A stretch of DNA of 64,000 bases from Lama guanicoe (Eukaryota), in the NCBI GenBank assembly GCA_013239625.1, contig MU053934.1, positions 1,209,285 through 1,273,284 of the forward strand, read 5' to 3'. The stretch's first letter is position 1. Each line of letters starts with the position of its first letter. The notes beneath the pieces were generated by a model, which was given only the letters and a program-made list of their open reading frames with translations, was not told the DNA's origin and did not search any database. Of the stretch, positions 12,698 through 24,599 are shown piece by piece. The position numbers were made by a program, and so were the translations under genes.

Positions 12698-13050
12698 TGC
12701 TGTGAACAGAATGCTATGTCTCTCCAAAATTCATGCATTGAAACTTAATCCCCAATGTGATGGTATTTGGAGATGGGGCCTTCGGGTAAGGATTAGGTCA
12801 TGAAGGTGGAGCCTTCATGAAGGGGATTAGTGCCCTTATAAAAGCGACCCGACAGAGCCCCCTCACCACCTCCACCAGGAGACCATCTGTGAACCAAGAA
12901 GCAGACCCTCTTCACTAGACACCAAATCTTTCAGCAACTTACTTCATCTTGGAGTTTCCAGGCTCCAAAACTGTGAGAAATAAATTTCTGTTGTTTATAA
13001 GTCACCCAGTTTATGGCATTTTGTTATAGCAGCCCAGGCAGACTAAGACA
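12698..13050 (+). mobile_element. MLT1A-like solo LTR
   Basis: 'ccccaatgtgatggtatttggagatggggcc...ggattagtgcccttataaaag...ttttgttatagcagccc...gactaagaca'. Confidence 0.9.
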
Positions 13051-13834
13051 GTGCAGCAGGAAGTAGGGACCAGAAAAGGGGGTGCAGTTTGGAATTACGC
13101 ATTTGTGAGTGGATGTATTTCCTCCCTCTCTCCCCTTACCATGTACATCTTCAGGTGAAAGGTGGAGCAGTCTAGTTAAGAAAAGGGGGAGGCTCAGAAG
13201 AAGACCCAGGAAAGAGGAAAGAAAAGAGAATGGAGGGGATGGGTGTGCTTCCACAGAGTAACCACCCCCACACATGGCCTCTGCAACCGTTAAAACAGCA
13301 GTCTTTGCCAAATAATGACCCATTATCCGGCTCCCAAACCATAAACACTAGACTTGCCCACCATGGCTGTCGATCTCAAAAAGGAGTTAGAAAAAGCTAG
13401 GGCCACAGCTCTTCAATCATGGTGCTCAAAATAGAAGCTATTAATTTAGCAGAGACCACAAGGCAGCGTTTCAAAGGGCACCGGTGTCACCCCTGAGGCT
13501 GAATGGGGAGGGTCCACTTTAAAAGGCTCCTATTTCAACACTCCTCCATTTAGTGAGGACAAAAGAGGATGATCAAGGGGTCCCTGGAAGTCAGGTATGT
13601 CATTCCTCCAATACTAATCTTCTCTAATCAAGACAGGAGAGTGGGCTGGTAAGACAGACACTACAGGTGGGTCACACAGGCTGGGACACAAACTTGGGTC
13701 TTGCTGCAGACTAGTGTGAAGTGTATGTCTGTAGTGGATGGCTTCAGCTTGGGGGCTGCTATTCAAAATTCACTTCCTTTCCCTTACTCCACTGGCCTTC
13801 CTTTTCAGCAAAGCCAGCAAGTTCCCAGAAGGCA

Positions 13835-14503
13835 AATGGAAAATTTATGGCAGCATTTAGGGTTGTCTCAATGATTGGGGGTGCTTGTAGGTGGGGACCT
13901 GATGTGCTTATTCCTATTCCCTGAAATGATTACATTCATCCCACAAAAGAATTGTCCCACAACCCTCAGGACCACCACCCCCAACATCCTGGCAGATAGT
14001 CCTGTATGGAAAAAAAAAAATCCACAGCTGTATAGCTGCGTCGAGAACCTTTCTTGGCTTCACATAAAAACACAAAGTAATTTTTCCCTATTTTTATCCT
14101 TTTTTACACTGAATTATCCAGAAGGCCAACTACCATGTAAATCAAGAGAATATTATATTAGTTTTGTTCAGAACTTTCCCAAGGGTTGATAACTAATTCA
14201 CAGACTATCCCCCACAGCAGCAGCGCTCACAGCATTCAAGTTGGCGAAGCACCACCCCTTTATGGGGTGTCCCTCAAATTCCTGGTGATTTTACGGCACA
14301 TGCATCTGAATGCTTTTTATCTTCTGATATAGTCTCACTTGATGCCTTATAACCTTATTAAATATTAACACATTACTGTTTTATGAAACATTGCCTTGCT
14401 TTTTGTGGTTAGGGAATTTTTTTTTAATTTTTGTGTTGAGGTTGGTATATTATATATAAATTTCATATAAGGGGGATATATACAATATTTGTACTATAAA
14501 AGG
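13835..14503 (+). mobile_element. MER20B-like hAT-Charlie element
   Basis: 'aagaattgtcccaca', 'aaacacaaagta', 'caactaccatgtaaatcaag', 'ttttgttcagaactttcccaag'. Confidence 0.75.
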
Positions 14504-14504
14504 A

Positions 14505-14935
14505 TCTCAGGCCAGGTTTCCCAGGAAACAGACTCAGAGATGAAAAGCCACATGCTGGAAGCCTATTGGTGGGTGTCCTTGGCATCGACTTGGGAGAGGG
14601 GTGGGACTCAGAAGGGTTGGGATAGGGCAGAGGGAGAGGCTGAGATCTGATACAGTCACAGCAGAGACCTCAGCCCATCCCACAGAGAGCCCGGGGCTGG
14701 GACGGCCCTACCACTTGTACCACTTTGGGCAAGAGGATGGAGCATTTGTACTCCCACATGTATCAGTCATTAGATGCAGGCTGTCCCAGAGGAAGGGACA
14801 TAAGCTTAGGGGAGGACATGAACTTCTGCTGAGGGCAGTTCTTGGAGAGAGACTCAGCTGAGAGCTCTCAACATTCTGGCAGCCGGGGGATTGACAGCCA
14901 ACAAGTTCAAGGACTAGCTCCTGTGTGATTCTGGG
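14505..14935 (-). mobile_element. LTR33-like ERVL LTR
   Basis: 'gggcagagggagag...cctcagcccatcccacagagagc...cagtcattagatgcaggctg'. Confidence 0.7.
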
Positions 14936-14968
14936 TGCTCTCTTCTCCCAAGGAAACCTTAAAAGAAG

Positions 14969-15418
14969 TGTGTTAGTCTGCTCGGTCTGCCATAACAAAA
15001 TACCACAAACTGGGTGCCTTAAACAATAGAAATTGATTTCTCACATTCTGGAGGCTTGAAGAAGTCCAAGATCAAGCTGCTAGAAATGGAAGTTCCATCC
15101 TGAGGTCTCTTCTCTTGTCTTGTAGGTGGCCACCACCTCACTATGTGTTCATGTGACCTCTTCTTTGTGCACGCTTGGGGAAGGAGAAAGAGAGACAGAG
15201 AGCGAAAGAGAAAGGAAGAGGGGGTGGAGAGAGAGAGCGCGCTCTCTGGTATCTCTTCTTATGAGGGCACTAATGTCATCACACGAAGACCTTGCCTTCA
15301 GGACCTCATCTAATCTTAATTACCTCCAAAAGGTCTTGGCTCCAATACCATCACCTTGGAGGTTAAGGCTTCAATATACGACCTTTTATTGGGGCACACA
15401 GACATTCAGTCCATAATA
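14969..15418 (-). mobile_element. MLT1A-like solo LTR
   Basis: 'tgtgttagtctgctcggtctgccataacaaaataccac...ggcactaat...aataccatcacc...cattcagtccata'. Confidence 0.85.
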
Positions 15419-15425
15419 TTAAATC

Positions 15426-16035
15426 TATATTAGTGTTCTCTAGAGAAACAGAATGAATAGAATGTGTGTGTACATAAAGTAAACCTCTTTAAATACACAT
15501 GTATATATAATATATAATGTAATACATAGTAAGTCTCATATATAAATACACTCATATTATATAATTATATTAAATATATATGAGGGATTTATTTTAAGGA
15601 GTGTGTTCACGTGATTATGGAGGCTGAGAAGCCCCCAGATCTGCACTTGGCAAGCTGAGACCCAGCAGAGCCATTGCGTAGGTCCCATCTGAGTCAAAGG
15701 ACTGAGAACCAGACAAGCTGATAACTTATGTTCCAGTCTGAAACCCTGTGAAAAGCCAGTGTTTCAGTTCAAGTCCAAGAGCCAAAAAGACCAACGTCCC
15801 GGCTCAGCACACAGTCAAGAGATCCCTCTTCTCAGCCTTTCTGTCCTATTCAGGTCTTCAGCTGATTGGATGAAGCCCGCCCACATTAGGGAAGGCAGTC
15901 TGCTTTACTCTGCCTACTATTTCAATGTTACTCTCATCCAGAAACATCCTCACAGACACACCCAGAATAACGCTTGGCCAGATTTCTGGGTATCTTGTGG
16001 TCCAGTCAAGTTGACATGTAAAATTAATTGTCGTA
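15426..16035 (-). mobile_element. MLT2B-like ERVL LTR
   Basis: 'gttctctagagaaacagaa', 'gattggatgaagcccgcccacatt', 'ccagtcaagttgacatgtaaaattaa'. Confidence 0.85.
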
Positions 16036-16914
16036 AGAAAGGTGGACATGGGTAATGGCAGATTCCAAATGTCACACTAAGGAATCCTGCAAGTTCCACT
16101 GTGGGGAGGCTGTGTTTCTCTAAAGCAATGAAATGGAAGGTTCTGGAAAGGGGTCTAGATGCAGTTAGAACAGTTTTGGGGGAGAAAGTGCTCAGTGGGA
16201 ACAGACAGGCATCAGGTGTCCAATGAAACCTCCCATCATTTGGGCGGCAACGTTCTGCCTCATCCACTCAGGACTCTCTATTTACAGACTCTGTTGTGAG
16301 CCAGCAAGCCAGTCAGCCCCCTGTCGGGGTATGAGACACTGTGACAGATGGCAGTGCCCAGGCTGGGGAGTAAATTGCACGTTTCTGCTGATAGGGCTAG
16401 CCAGATGAGCAGGGAGGTCATCGCTGATGGGCCAATTAGGCCTGGTGTCCTTTGGTTTGTTTTCAGCGTAGAGCGATGGGGAATGAAGGCAGTAACTACC
16501 TTTCTTGACAATGGGAATGGGAGGACCCCAGCCTCCTGTGAGTCTGAGGCGGAAATCCAGTGAGCATCACTGACAATTACAGTCTTGCACAGCAGAAGCA
16601 TACAAGGAATTTAATTGAGATCATGTATGTCCTAATGACCAGGCTTGTGATACAAATGAAGAAAAAGCGAAAATGGTCGCTAACAGTTTTGTGGGTGGAT
16701 GAGCGGCTGGTAAACTCGCTGACTCACCTGTAAGCCCTAGAAAGAAATGTGAAAGTAACTTTACCCAACCCACAGGCCAGACAGAGTCCAGAGCAAGGCC
16801 TTAGCTAAACTCCAGAAGAGACTGAAACAGTTTGGATGGACCAGGTTCTGTGACTGGGTTTCACTTGGGGCTGTGTCAGTCTCTTCCCACAACTTAAGCT
16901 CCTTTGCTTTTGAA

Positions 16915-17202
16915 GGCTCTGTGTCACATGTCTCACAGTTTACAAACCAGTAAATACACCAACATTCCACATTAATATAATTTACATATAACTCTATCAG
17001 AGTAAAGTTGCAAGGGGCAAGTTGACCTTTCATAGTCTATAAATGTTTAACTGAATACATATTCATTTTGATTGCACAGTGTTCTTTTACTATGTTTGAG
17101 CTAATCATCATTTTTCAGGTCTCAAACATTTTTTGAAGGCTCTTAAAAAGCTTATACACTCCAGGCTCTGTGTTCAGAGTACCTAATGGAGGAATCAGCT
17201 CT
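16915..17202. mobile_element. hAT-Tip100 (Arthur1-like) terminal fragment
   Basis: 'aaacattttttgaaggctcttaaaaag...aggctctgtg...tacctaatggaggaatcagctct' resembles a recalled Arthur1 terminus. Confidence 0.45.
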
Positions 17203-17330
17203 ACAACTCAGTAACTGGGCGACTTCAGGCAAGTGGGACAATGGAGCCTCAGTTTCTTCATCTATGACATTAGGAGAGTAATACCCACCTCACACTGCTG
17301 CTATGAAAGTGAAAAAGTACTTCGTACAGA
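17200..17330 (+). mobile_element. MIR fragment
   Basis: 'gacttcaggcaagt...gagcctcagtttcttcatctat...taatacccacctcac'. Confidence 0.7.
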
Positions 17331-18129
17331 AGAGCCACACCACAAAACCGTCATTGGTTTAACTCTGAAGGTCCATGGAAAGCCAGAGGCATTGAGGGAG
17401 CAAGAAGGAGTGACCAGTATCTTTACACTTCACTTAAGACAGAGATTCTGCAAGCCTCTTTGTATACGACACCTCTCTGAGCACCTCCTGACATTCCCAG
17501 ATGGGGTAAGAGGCCATATTATCCCCATACTGCAGAATGGAGCATTGAGGCCCATTGTGGTCAGGAGGCTGAGCCAGGGCTGGGAGGTGGAAGCAATAAG
17601 AGTTCAAGGAAGGGAGGGTTTTTGGAGAATAGGCGATGAGAATAAGTTGAGTTTTGCTCTCCTATTCTTGCTCCAGAGTTGTGAAGGTTACATTTCCATC
17701 CCTGTGGTCATGAGGAGGCAAGAAGTAGGGGTTTCATCATCCCTGGAGCTGGGGTCTTTGGAGGGGCTGGGGACAGAGGCACATCCCAACCTCTGCCCGC
17801 CCTGTCTCTGCATTCAATGGCTGACTTCTGAGGTACAAATGGTGCCGCTGACCCAGAGGTCAATAAAAGACCTGGGAATTAGCCTGTGCACCACGGGTGG
17901 AGAGAATAAAAGAAATTAAAATGTTTTGGAAGAAAAAGGGAAAGCACAGACACACACAGAAACACACAACTTAGAACAGGAAAACTCCCTCCAGGTGCTT
18001 GGTCATCATAAGATTATCAAGCCACATGACCACCTTCTCAGATGACCAAACATCAGCCATGTTAAATGAAATGACCCCTACAAATGATGGTCAAGGTCAA
18101 GGTCAAAGTTGAAGGAAAGGAAATCACTA

Positions 18130-18595
18130 ATAGTTTTTGCACATACGTTATGTAGGCCACATAATTCTTCTTGTATTTACAGGTAAGAATTCTGAGTCTC
18201 AAAAATCTTTGCAATGTGTTCCAGGTCATAACATTCATAAGTGGTAGAACCAGATTTTGAACACAGGTCTGCCTCATTCCAAGGTCCACACTCTTTCCCT
18301 GAGAATCTTTGCTTCAGAATAATCCAAGGGTTTATAGTTTTCCATAAAATTATTTTCAGGTAGCAGTGGGGCACACTGTGGGCACAACCACTAGATGTGT
18401 TTAACTTATTGATGTTTGCTCCTCCCCAGAGCACTACAAATTCCGCGTTTTAACTCCCCCCTTATAGGTGAGAAAATGGAATTTTCAGGATATGATGCAA
18501 TTTACGCAAGGTCATAAAGCTAAGGTCATAAGTGACGGCACTGGAACCGGAACTGAAGACTACCTGACTTCAACATCTATGTTGGTTCCACTCGA
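18130..18595 (-). mobile_element. Two MIR fragments (~18130-18295 and ~18440-18595)
   Basis: 'tttacaggtaagaattctgag...aagtggtagaaccagattttgaacacaggtctg' and 'ttataggtgagaaaatgga...caaggtcat'. Confidence 0.6.
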
Positions 18596-19896
18596 GAGAA
18601 CTGGCCCCTCATTGCCCTGAAGCTAGCCACATCCCCTGACACTCACACAGCTAAGCGTCTATGGAAGTCAGGCAAGAGAAAAATCCAGGAACTTCTGGGG
18701 AAAGCAATGCTGGGTGGTTCCCCATTGACATGCGTGCACTTCTGAACTCCCACTTCTCAGAACTCCTAAGAGGTTATGCTGTCCTCCATGCTGATCTAGT
18801 AAATGAATTTCCACCAGCATACGCTGAGCAGAGAAGAGGGAGGTACTGATCGGTGACTTCCAGTCTTAATGACCAAGCTGTAATTGTGTCCCTGGGCCAG
18901 ACAGCTGCCAGCTTCCTGAGGAAGGAGATGATATCTTTTAACTTTTATGGAGGATTTGTTTAAAAATAAACATAGAGAATGTCTTGGTTTTGCTCACGCT
19001 CCTCCACCTTGTCCAAGGAGGGAGAAAAAGGCAAAGGAATTATAATCGGTCAGGCACCTGCTAAACAAAGTAACAGAGACATGCAGCTTCTGCAGACGTG
19101 CAAGGTGAGAGTCAGAATTTGATAGAAGTTGGTGAAAATGCGACAACAGAGATAGACTGCAACATACCGAGAAAAGGTCATAAATAAAGCAACAACCTCA
19201 CATTAATGGGAATGGCATGGTATGCGAATCTTGATCCAAAATCTAACAGGCAGAAGCAGGCGAGAAGCATCTCCTGACGTACTTTTGAGTGATGTCTTGG
19301 AAATGGTTCATAACAACCATGAATTTCAATTTGGCTTCATAATTCCATCCGAAGCAAAGCCTAATAAGGGAGTAATCAGGACTTCAGATTGCAGGCAACT
19401 TTAGAAGACTATGAGGGAATTCTGTGGCTGCTAATCAATAAATGGATAATCATGAATGTTTTGGTCGTGTCCAGCACTCCATCCACCCCGAGATGAGCAG
19501 GGACTGCTGGTAAGGGGAGTGTCTGACCAGGGAGAAAACCCAGTGAAGATAAACAAAGCAGGAGGAGGGGAAAGGGATGAGAAGGGAAGCACTGAGAGTT
19601 ATTCTCACTGTTATTACTAGCCGTATCCCTCTCGTCTTACAACGCCACACTCAGAGCAGACGTATTCCACAAAGCGTCTTGGCAAGTGGCTGAGAAGCCC
19701 CAAGGTGCCAGGGTCCCTTTTCAGTCTCAGGCGCGTCTCCAGCTGGCTCCGGGGGGCTCAGCTATTTTCCTTCTACTTTTAAAGCTGCTGCCACCCAGTC
19801 TTTGCCCAAGGGAGTTGCTGTCCTAAAGTCCGGTTGCGGTGGGATGTAGGCTCCCCAGCCTGCTTAAGTAATCATAGAAGCCCTTTTTTGTTTTAG

Positions 19897-19932
19897 GAGT
19901 TTTACTGCTGACCACCAAAGGGAAAACGGAAG
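19897..19932 (+). other. Candidate 36-nt exon, or 3' end of a first exon, of an unidentified transcript
   Basis: cttttttgttttag|GAGTTTTACTGCTGACCACCAAAGGGAAAACGGAAG|gtaaga in a repeat-free, locally CpG-retaining region. Confidence 0.3.
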
Positions 19933-20049
19933 GTAAGAAAAAAGTTAACAAACTTGGGGAAAGGACAAAGGTTTAATAAATCTTACGGGCATTCTTACCA
20001 CTATGGTCCTTGGTCAGAGGTGACCCGAGGTTGGGGCTGGTAGAGGGCA

Positions 20050-20230
20050 AGTGCAGTGTAGAGCTAGAGAGTCCAGCTCCGGGGACAGCTGGACTGGGTT
20101 TAAATGCCAACTCTGGCACTTGTTAGTGGGTGGCCTCTGGCAAGTCACTTAAGTCTTCTGAGCCTCTTCTTCTAAGATAAAGAAAATAGGACCTACCAGG
20201 ATGAGTTTTTTTTTAGGATTCAAGACTATA
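20050..20230 (+). mobile_element. MIR
   Basis: 'ctgggtttaaatgccaactctggcacttgttag...ggcaagtcacttaagtcttctgagcctc'. Confidence 0.7.
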
Positions 20231-20494
20231 TAATTCACTATACGTACATGCACATACACACACGTCTAGAGATAGAGACAGAAATGGTATAGATATAAAC
20301 ACAGATACAGATTGCACATACATCACATACAGAGCGTGGTAGGCTGTGGCCATTTTCGTCCCTGGATGAGTCACTGGATGACGGCCCTATGTTATTACCC
20401 TGGGGGTGAAATTCAGCAAACTTTCCCCTTCGCTCCTGCTTCAGCTGAAAGTGAACGGCTGACTAACACATTCCATCCTGACGGTTCTTCAATT

Positions 20495-20933
20495 TTAAGA
20501 TGTAACTCTACCCAGTCCAACCGTGAGAAAAACAGCAGATAACCCCGCACTGAGGGACATTCTAAGAAATCCCTACCAGTACCCCTCAAAATCATTAAGG
20601 TTGTCAAAAAACAAGGAAAAATCTGAGAAACTGCCACAGATCAGAGAACCCTAAGGAAACACGACAATTGAATGTGATGTGTTATCTTGGATGGGATCTT
20701 GGAGCAGAGAAAGGGCAATAGGTAAAAGCTAGCCAAGTCCAAATAAAGTGTGGGGTTTAGTTCATAGTAACGTGTAAATGGGTCCCTCAGTCGGGACACA
20801 GGTCCAGTGACCATGTTCGAGATGCTAACAGTGGGGGACATGCTGTGAGGGAGGGGTATTTGGAAACTCTCTGTACAACTTTTCTGTAAATCTAAAAATA
20901 CTCTAAAATAAAATGTTTATTTAAATTTAAAAA
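20495..20933 (+). mobile_element. L1MC/L1MD-type 3' end
   Basis: 'ctgagggacattcta...aaaacaaggaaaaatctgagaaactg...ttctgtaaatctaaaaatactctaaaataaaa'. Confidence 0.8.
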
Positions 20934-21234
20934 GTCACCCTAGCAGAGCAGAAAGTAGGTGCCTCCAGATAATGTGGATAATCTGAATCATTTTAATAAT
21001 AATTAACTATTACTGAGTATTCACATGGCCCAGAAACTGGAATAAACTTACCACCTGGCATTATTTCATTTTGTCACCTCACTCACCCCATGAGGTAGAC
21101 ACTCATATCCCATGGATGAAGCTGGCTGGGGATTCACTTTACATTATATTTTTTTATAATATTCAACGGTTTGGAAATCCAAAAATATTCTTCCTAGGAA
21201 AAAATTCTCTCTTTCATAGGAGGAGAGAATTTTT

Positions 21235-22306
21235 AGAAATATGGTAGACTGAGCTGGTTTAACTCTCCCTCTAACCCCCCAATTATAGAAACACTAGATG
21301 AAACATAATAATAAAAATAATTTAATATACGCCGAGCCTCGCAGGTGGGGAAGAGAATAAGAAAATTCCCAGATTCCAGAAACAAAGGGTTCAAAGTCCA
21401 GGCATCAAGAGTGTTCACTTATGTCACAGTAGTTCAGAAGGGTCCAGCCCAGAAATAGGACTGACGGCCAGGAGCTTGAGAATAAACACGCAAGGCGTAG
21501 GAGAATGGGGCTCAGAATCCTAAAAGACTTGACCTACTGAAAAGCCTAAGTCCAGGGAAGCAGCAAGGAAGATGGCCTTCTGTCTAAGGACCTGAGTAGA
21601 GAAATAAAGAATCGCTCAGGAAAAGTCAAAAGTACAAGTTTATTCCACAGGTGCATATGGGATCAGAATTTATGCTACTCACACAGCACAAGAATCCCAG
21701 AGCAAGAAATTAATGTGAAGACTAATCTAGAAACAGTAAAACCTCTTAGGTCTTGGAAGAAACAGGAGACTTCTATAAGGGTACTTTTGTATCCCAGAAC
21801 ACAAGATTTTCCTATCAAAATAATAAACAAAACAAAACACACAAAAAAATCTGGCAATCTATTTTACCACATGAACAAATCCAAGGAGAAAATTTGATCA
21901 TAACAATAGATGGGTTTTTTTTAAAATTGCTAAATTCAACACCAATTTATGAAAATGAAAAAAAGAAGTCTTGACAAACTAGGATTAGAAAGATTAGAAG
22001 AGGACTTTCTTAAATTAATAAAGGCATACACCAAATCCATTGGCAAACCTCCAATTGGATGATGAAACATTAGAAGATCATCTTTAAAGTCTGGAAGAAG
22101 GTGTTGTCCTAGAGGTCTTAGCTAACACAATAAGAATAGAAAAATAAAGTAACAGATACAGAAATTGAAAAGGAATGAACAATGGGTAACAATTCAAAGA
22201 AATAATTTCCTACATAGAAAAGCCAAGATAACTTATCAACATATTATTCGAGCTAACTAGAGTTCAGCTACATTGCTAGTTATAAAGTTAACATGCAAAA
22301 AATGAA
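21235..22306 (+). mobile_element. Highly decayed old L1 (5' region plus ORF2 RT remnant)
   Basis: 'aaactaggattagaa...aaaggcatacacc' and 'ctacatagaaaagccaag...gagttcagctacattgctagttataaagttaac' are ORF2 RT-like; appears to resume at ~24605. Confidence 0.6.
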
Positions 22307-22309
22307 ACT

Positions 22310-23012
22310 TCCATTTTCTGTTTCATAATAAACTGCCAAGATATTTTCCAGAGTAACTGTACCATTTTACTTAATCAATTTTTATATGATTCAGTTTCTC
22401 TGCATCCTCACCAGCAAAGATTTGATGTTGTCACTAACTTCTTATTTTACCCATTCTGATAGGTGTGTAATGACATCTTATTGTGTCATTAGCATCTTAC
22501 AGTGTCATCTTTAATTTGCATTTCCCTAGTCGTTAGTGATGCTGCACATCTTTTCATGGGCTTATTTGTTATCTGTATATCCTCTCTGGTGAAATGTCTG
22601 TTCATATCTTTTGCCCATTTTCTTATTAAATTGTTTGTTTTGCTGTTGAGTTTTGAGAGTACTTCATATATTCTAGATACTAGCCCTTTGTCAGATACAT
22701 GGTTCGCGGAATTATTTTCTCCTACTCTGTAACTTATCTTTTCATTCTCTTAATAGATCTCTTCCAGAGCAGATGTTCATTTTGATGTCTAACATATCTT
22801 TTTTTTTCCTTTTAAGGATCGTACTATGAAGATTTTCTCCCATGTTTCCTTCTCGAGGTTTTATTGTTTTGCATTTCACATTGAAGTCTTGATATATTTT
22901 GCGTTAATTTTTGCACAAGGTGTAAGGGTTTAAGTCTAGGTTCATTTTCTTGCCTCAGGCTATATAATTGTTCCAGCACCATTAGTTGAAGAGACTATTA
23001 TCCTTCCATTGA
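22310..23012 (-). mobile_element. L1 ORF2 3' segment, inverted
   Basis: 'tttaatttgcatttccct...gtgaaatgtctgttcatatcttttgcccatttt...ttgttccagcaccattagttgaagagact'. Confidence 0.85.
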
Positions 23013-24599
23013 CTTGGAAAGACAAAGGAGACAAAATAGCTAAGAGAATTTTGAAAGGGAAGAATAAAGTGGGAGGATTCACTTTACCCAATTTTGAGAT
23101 GTATTCTATAGCTATGGTAATCAAGGTTGTGTGGTCCTGGAAGAAGGAGACACACAGATCAATGGAATATATTGGAGAACCCAGAAATTGCCCCGCAAAG
23201 GACAGCCAGCTGATTTTTGACAAAGGTGCAAAAATAATTCACTGATAAAATGAATTGAGCCTCAACCTAAACCTCACACGTTATACAAAGATGAACTCAA
23301 AATGGATCATCAATTTAAACATAAAATGTAAAACTATAAAACTCTGGGAAGAAAACATAGGAGAAAAATTTCATGATGATGGGCTTGGTTAAGGATTCTT
23401 AAACATGATATCCAAAGCACAGTCCATAAAATGAAAAAGTGATAAATTAGACCTCATTGAAATTAAAAACTTTCACTCTGAGGCAGACCTGTTAAAAGGA
23501 AGAAAAGATAAGCTACAGAGTGAGAGAAAATATTTGCAAATGACACATCTGACAAAGGACTAGTGTCTAGATTTTTTAAAAAAACCTTAAAAACTCAACA
23601 GTAAAAAAATAATCCAGTTAGAAAACAAACAAAAGATATGAATGGACATTTCACCAAAGAGGATATATGAATGGCAAATAATTCCATGAAAAGATATTCA
23701 ACATTACTGGTCATCAGGGAAATGCGATTAAAAGCAGGATGAGATACAACTAACACCTATTATTAGGTCAGCTAAAATAAATATTGACAGTGCCAAATGC
23801 TGGCAAGGATGTTGACAAACTAGATCTCTCATATATTGACAGTGGGAATACAAAATGGTGTGGCCACTTTGGAAAAGAGCTTGACAGTTTCTTTAAGAAA
23901 ACTAAACACAGAATTACCACACAATCCAGCAATTGCACTCACAGGAAGTTTATCCCAGAATAAATGATACTGTATGTCCATACAAAAACCCACTTATAAA
24001 TATTCATATCAACTTTATTTATAATAGCCCCAAATTGGAAACAATCAAAATGGCCCTCAGTAGGAAGACAGTTAAACAAACTGTGGTACATCCATACCAT
24101 GGAAACTATTCAGAAATAAAACAAACTATTGATACACACAACAACTTGGATGGGTCTCAAGGGTGTTAAGTCTAATGGAAAAAAGCTTATCTCAAAAGGT
24201 CACATATTGAGTGATTCCATTATATAAAATTCTCAAAATGACAAAATTATAGAGATGAAAAAAAGATTAGTGGTTTCCAGGAGCCAAGGATCACAGGGGA
24301 AAGGGAGTAGGAGTGGCTATAAAGGAGTAGCATGAAGGAGATCTTTGTGGTAGTGGAACAGTGCCGTATCTTGCTCGTAGTGGTGATTATACAAATCTAC
24401 ACATGTGATAAATGACAAAGGACTATATACATATATTGTAAATGCCAATTTCCTGGCTTTGGTATTATATGTGTATAGATAGATATGGCTATACACACAC
24501 ACACACAGTTAAGAGACTGCTTGACAGATACAGGGACCTCTACTATCTTTGCAACTTCTTGTGAATTTACAATTATTTCAAAATGAAAAGTTTAAAAAA
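23013..24599 (+). mobile_element. L1MC-type ORF2 3' part plus 3' UTR
   Basis: Translates WKDKGDKIAKRILKGKNKVGGFTLPNF...QLIFDKGAK (L1 ORF2); ends 'gtgaatttacaattatttcaaaatgaaaagtttaaaa'. Confidence 0.9.

Noticed and set aside
17233..17919. 228-aa ORF as a protein-coding gene
   Set aside because: Starts at GTG inside a MIR, crosses another MIR-like segment, and shows no recognisable domain or exon structure.
23009..23245. ORF with real protein similarity
   Set aside because: It is a remnant of L1 ORF2 within a decayed element that has stops and frameshifts, not a host gene.
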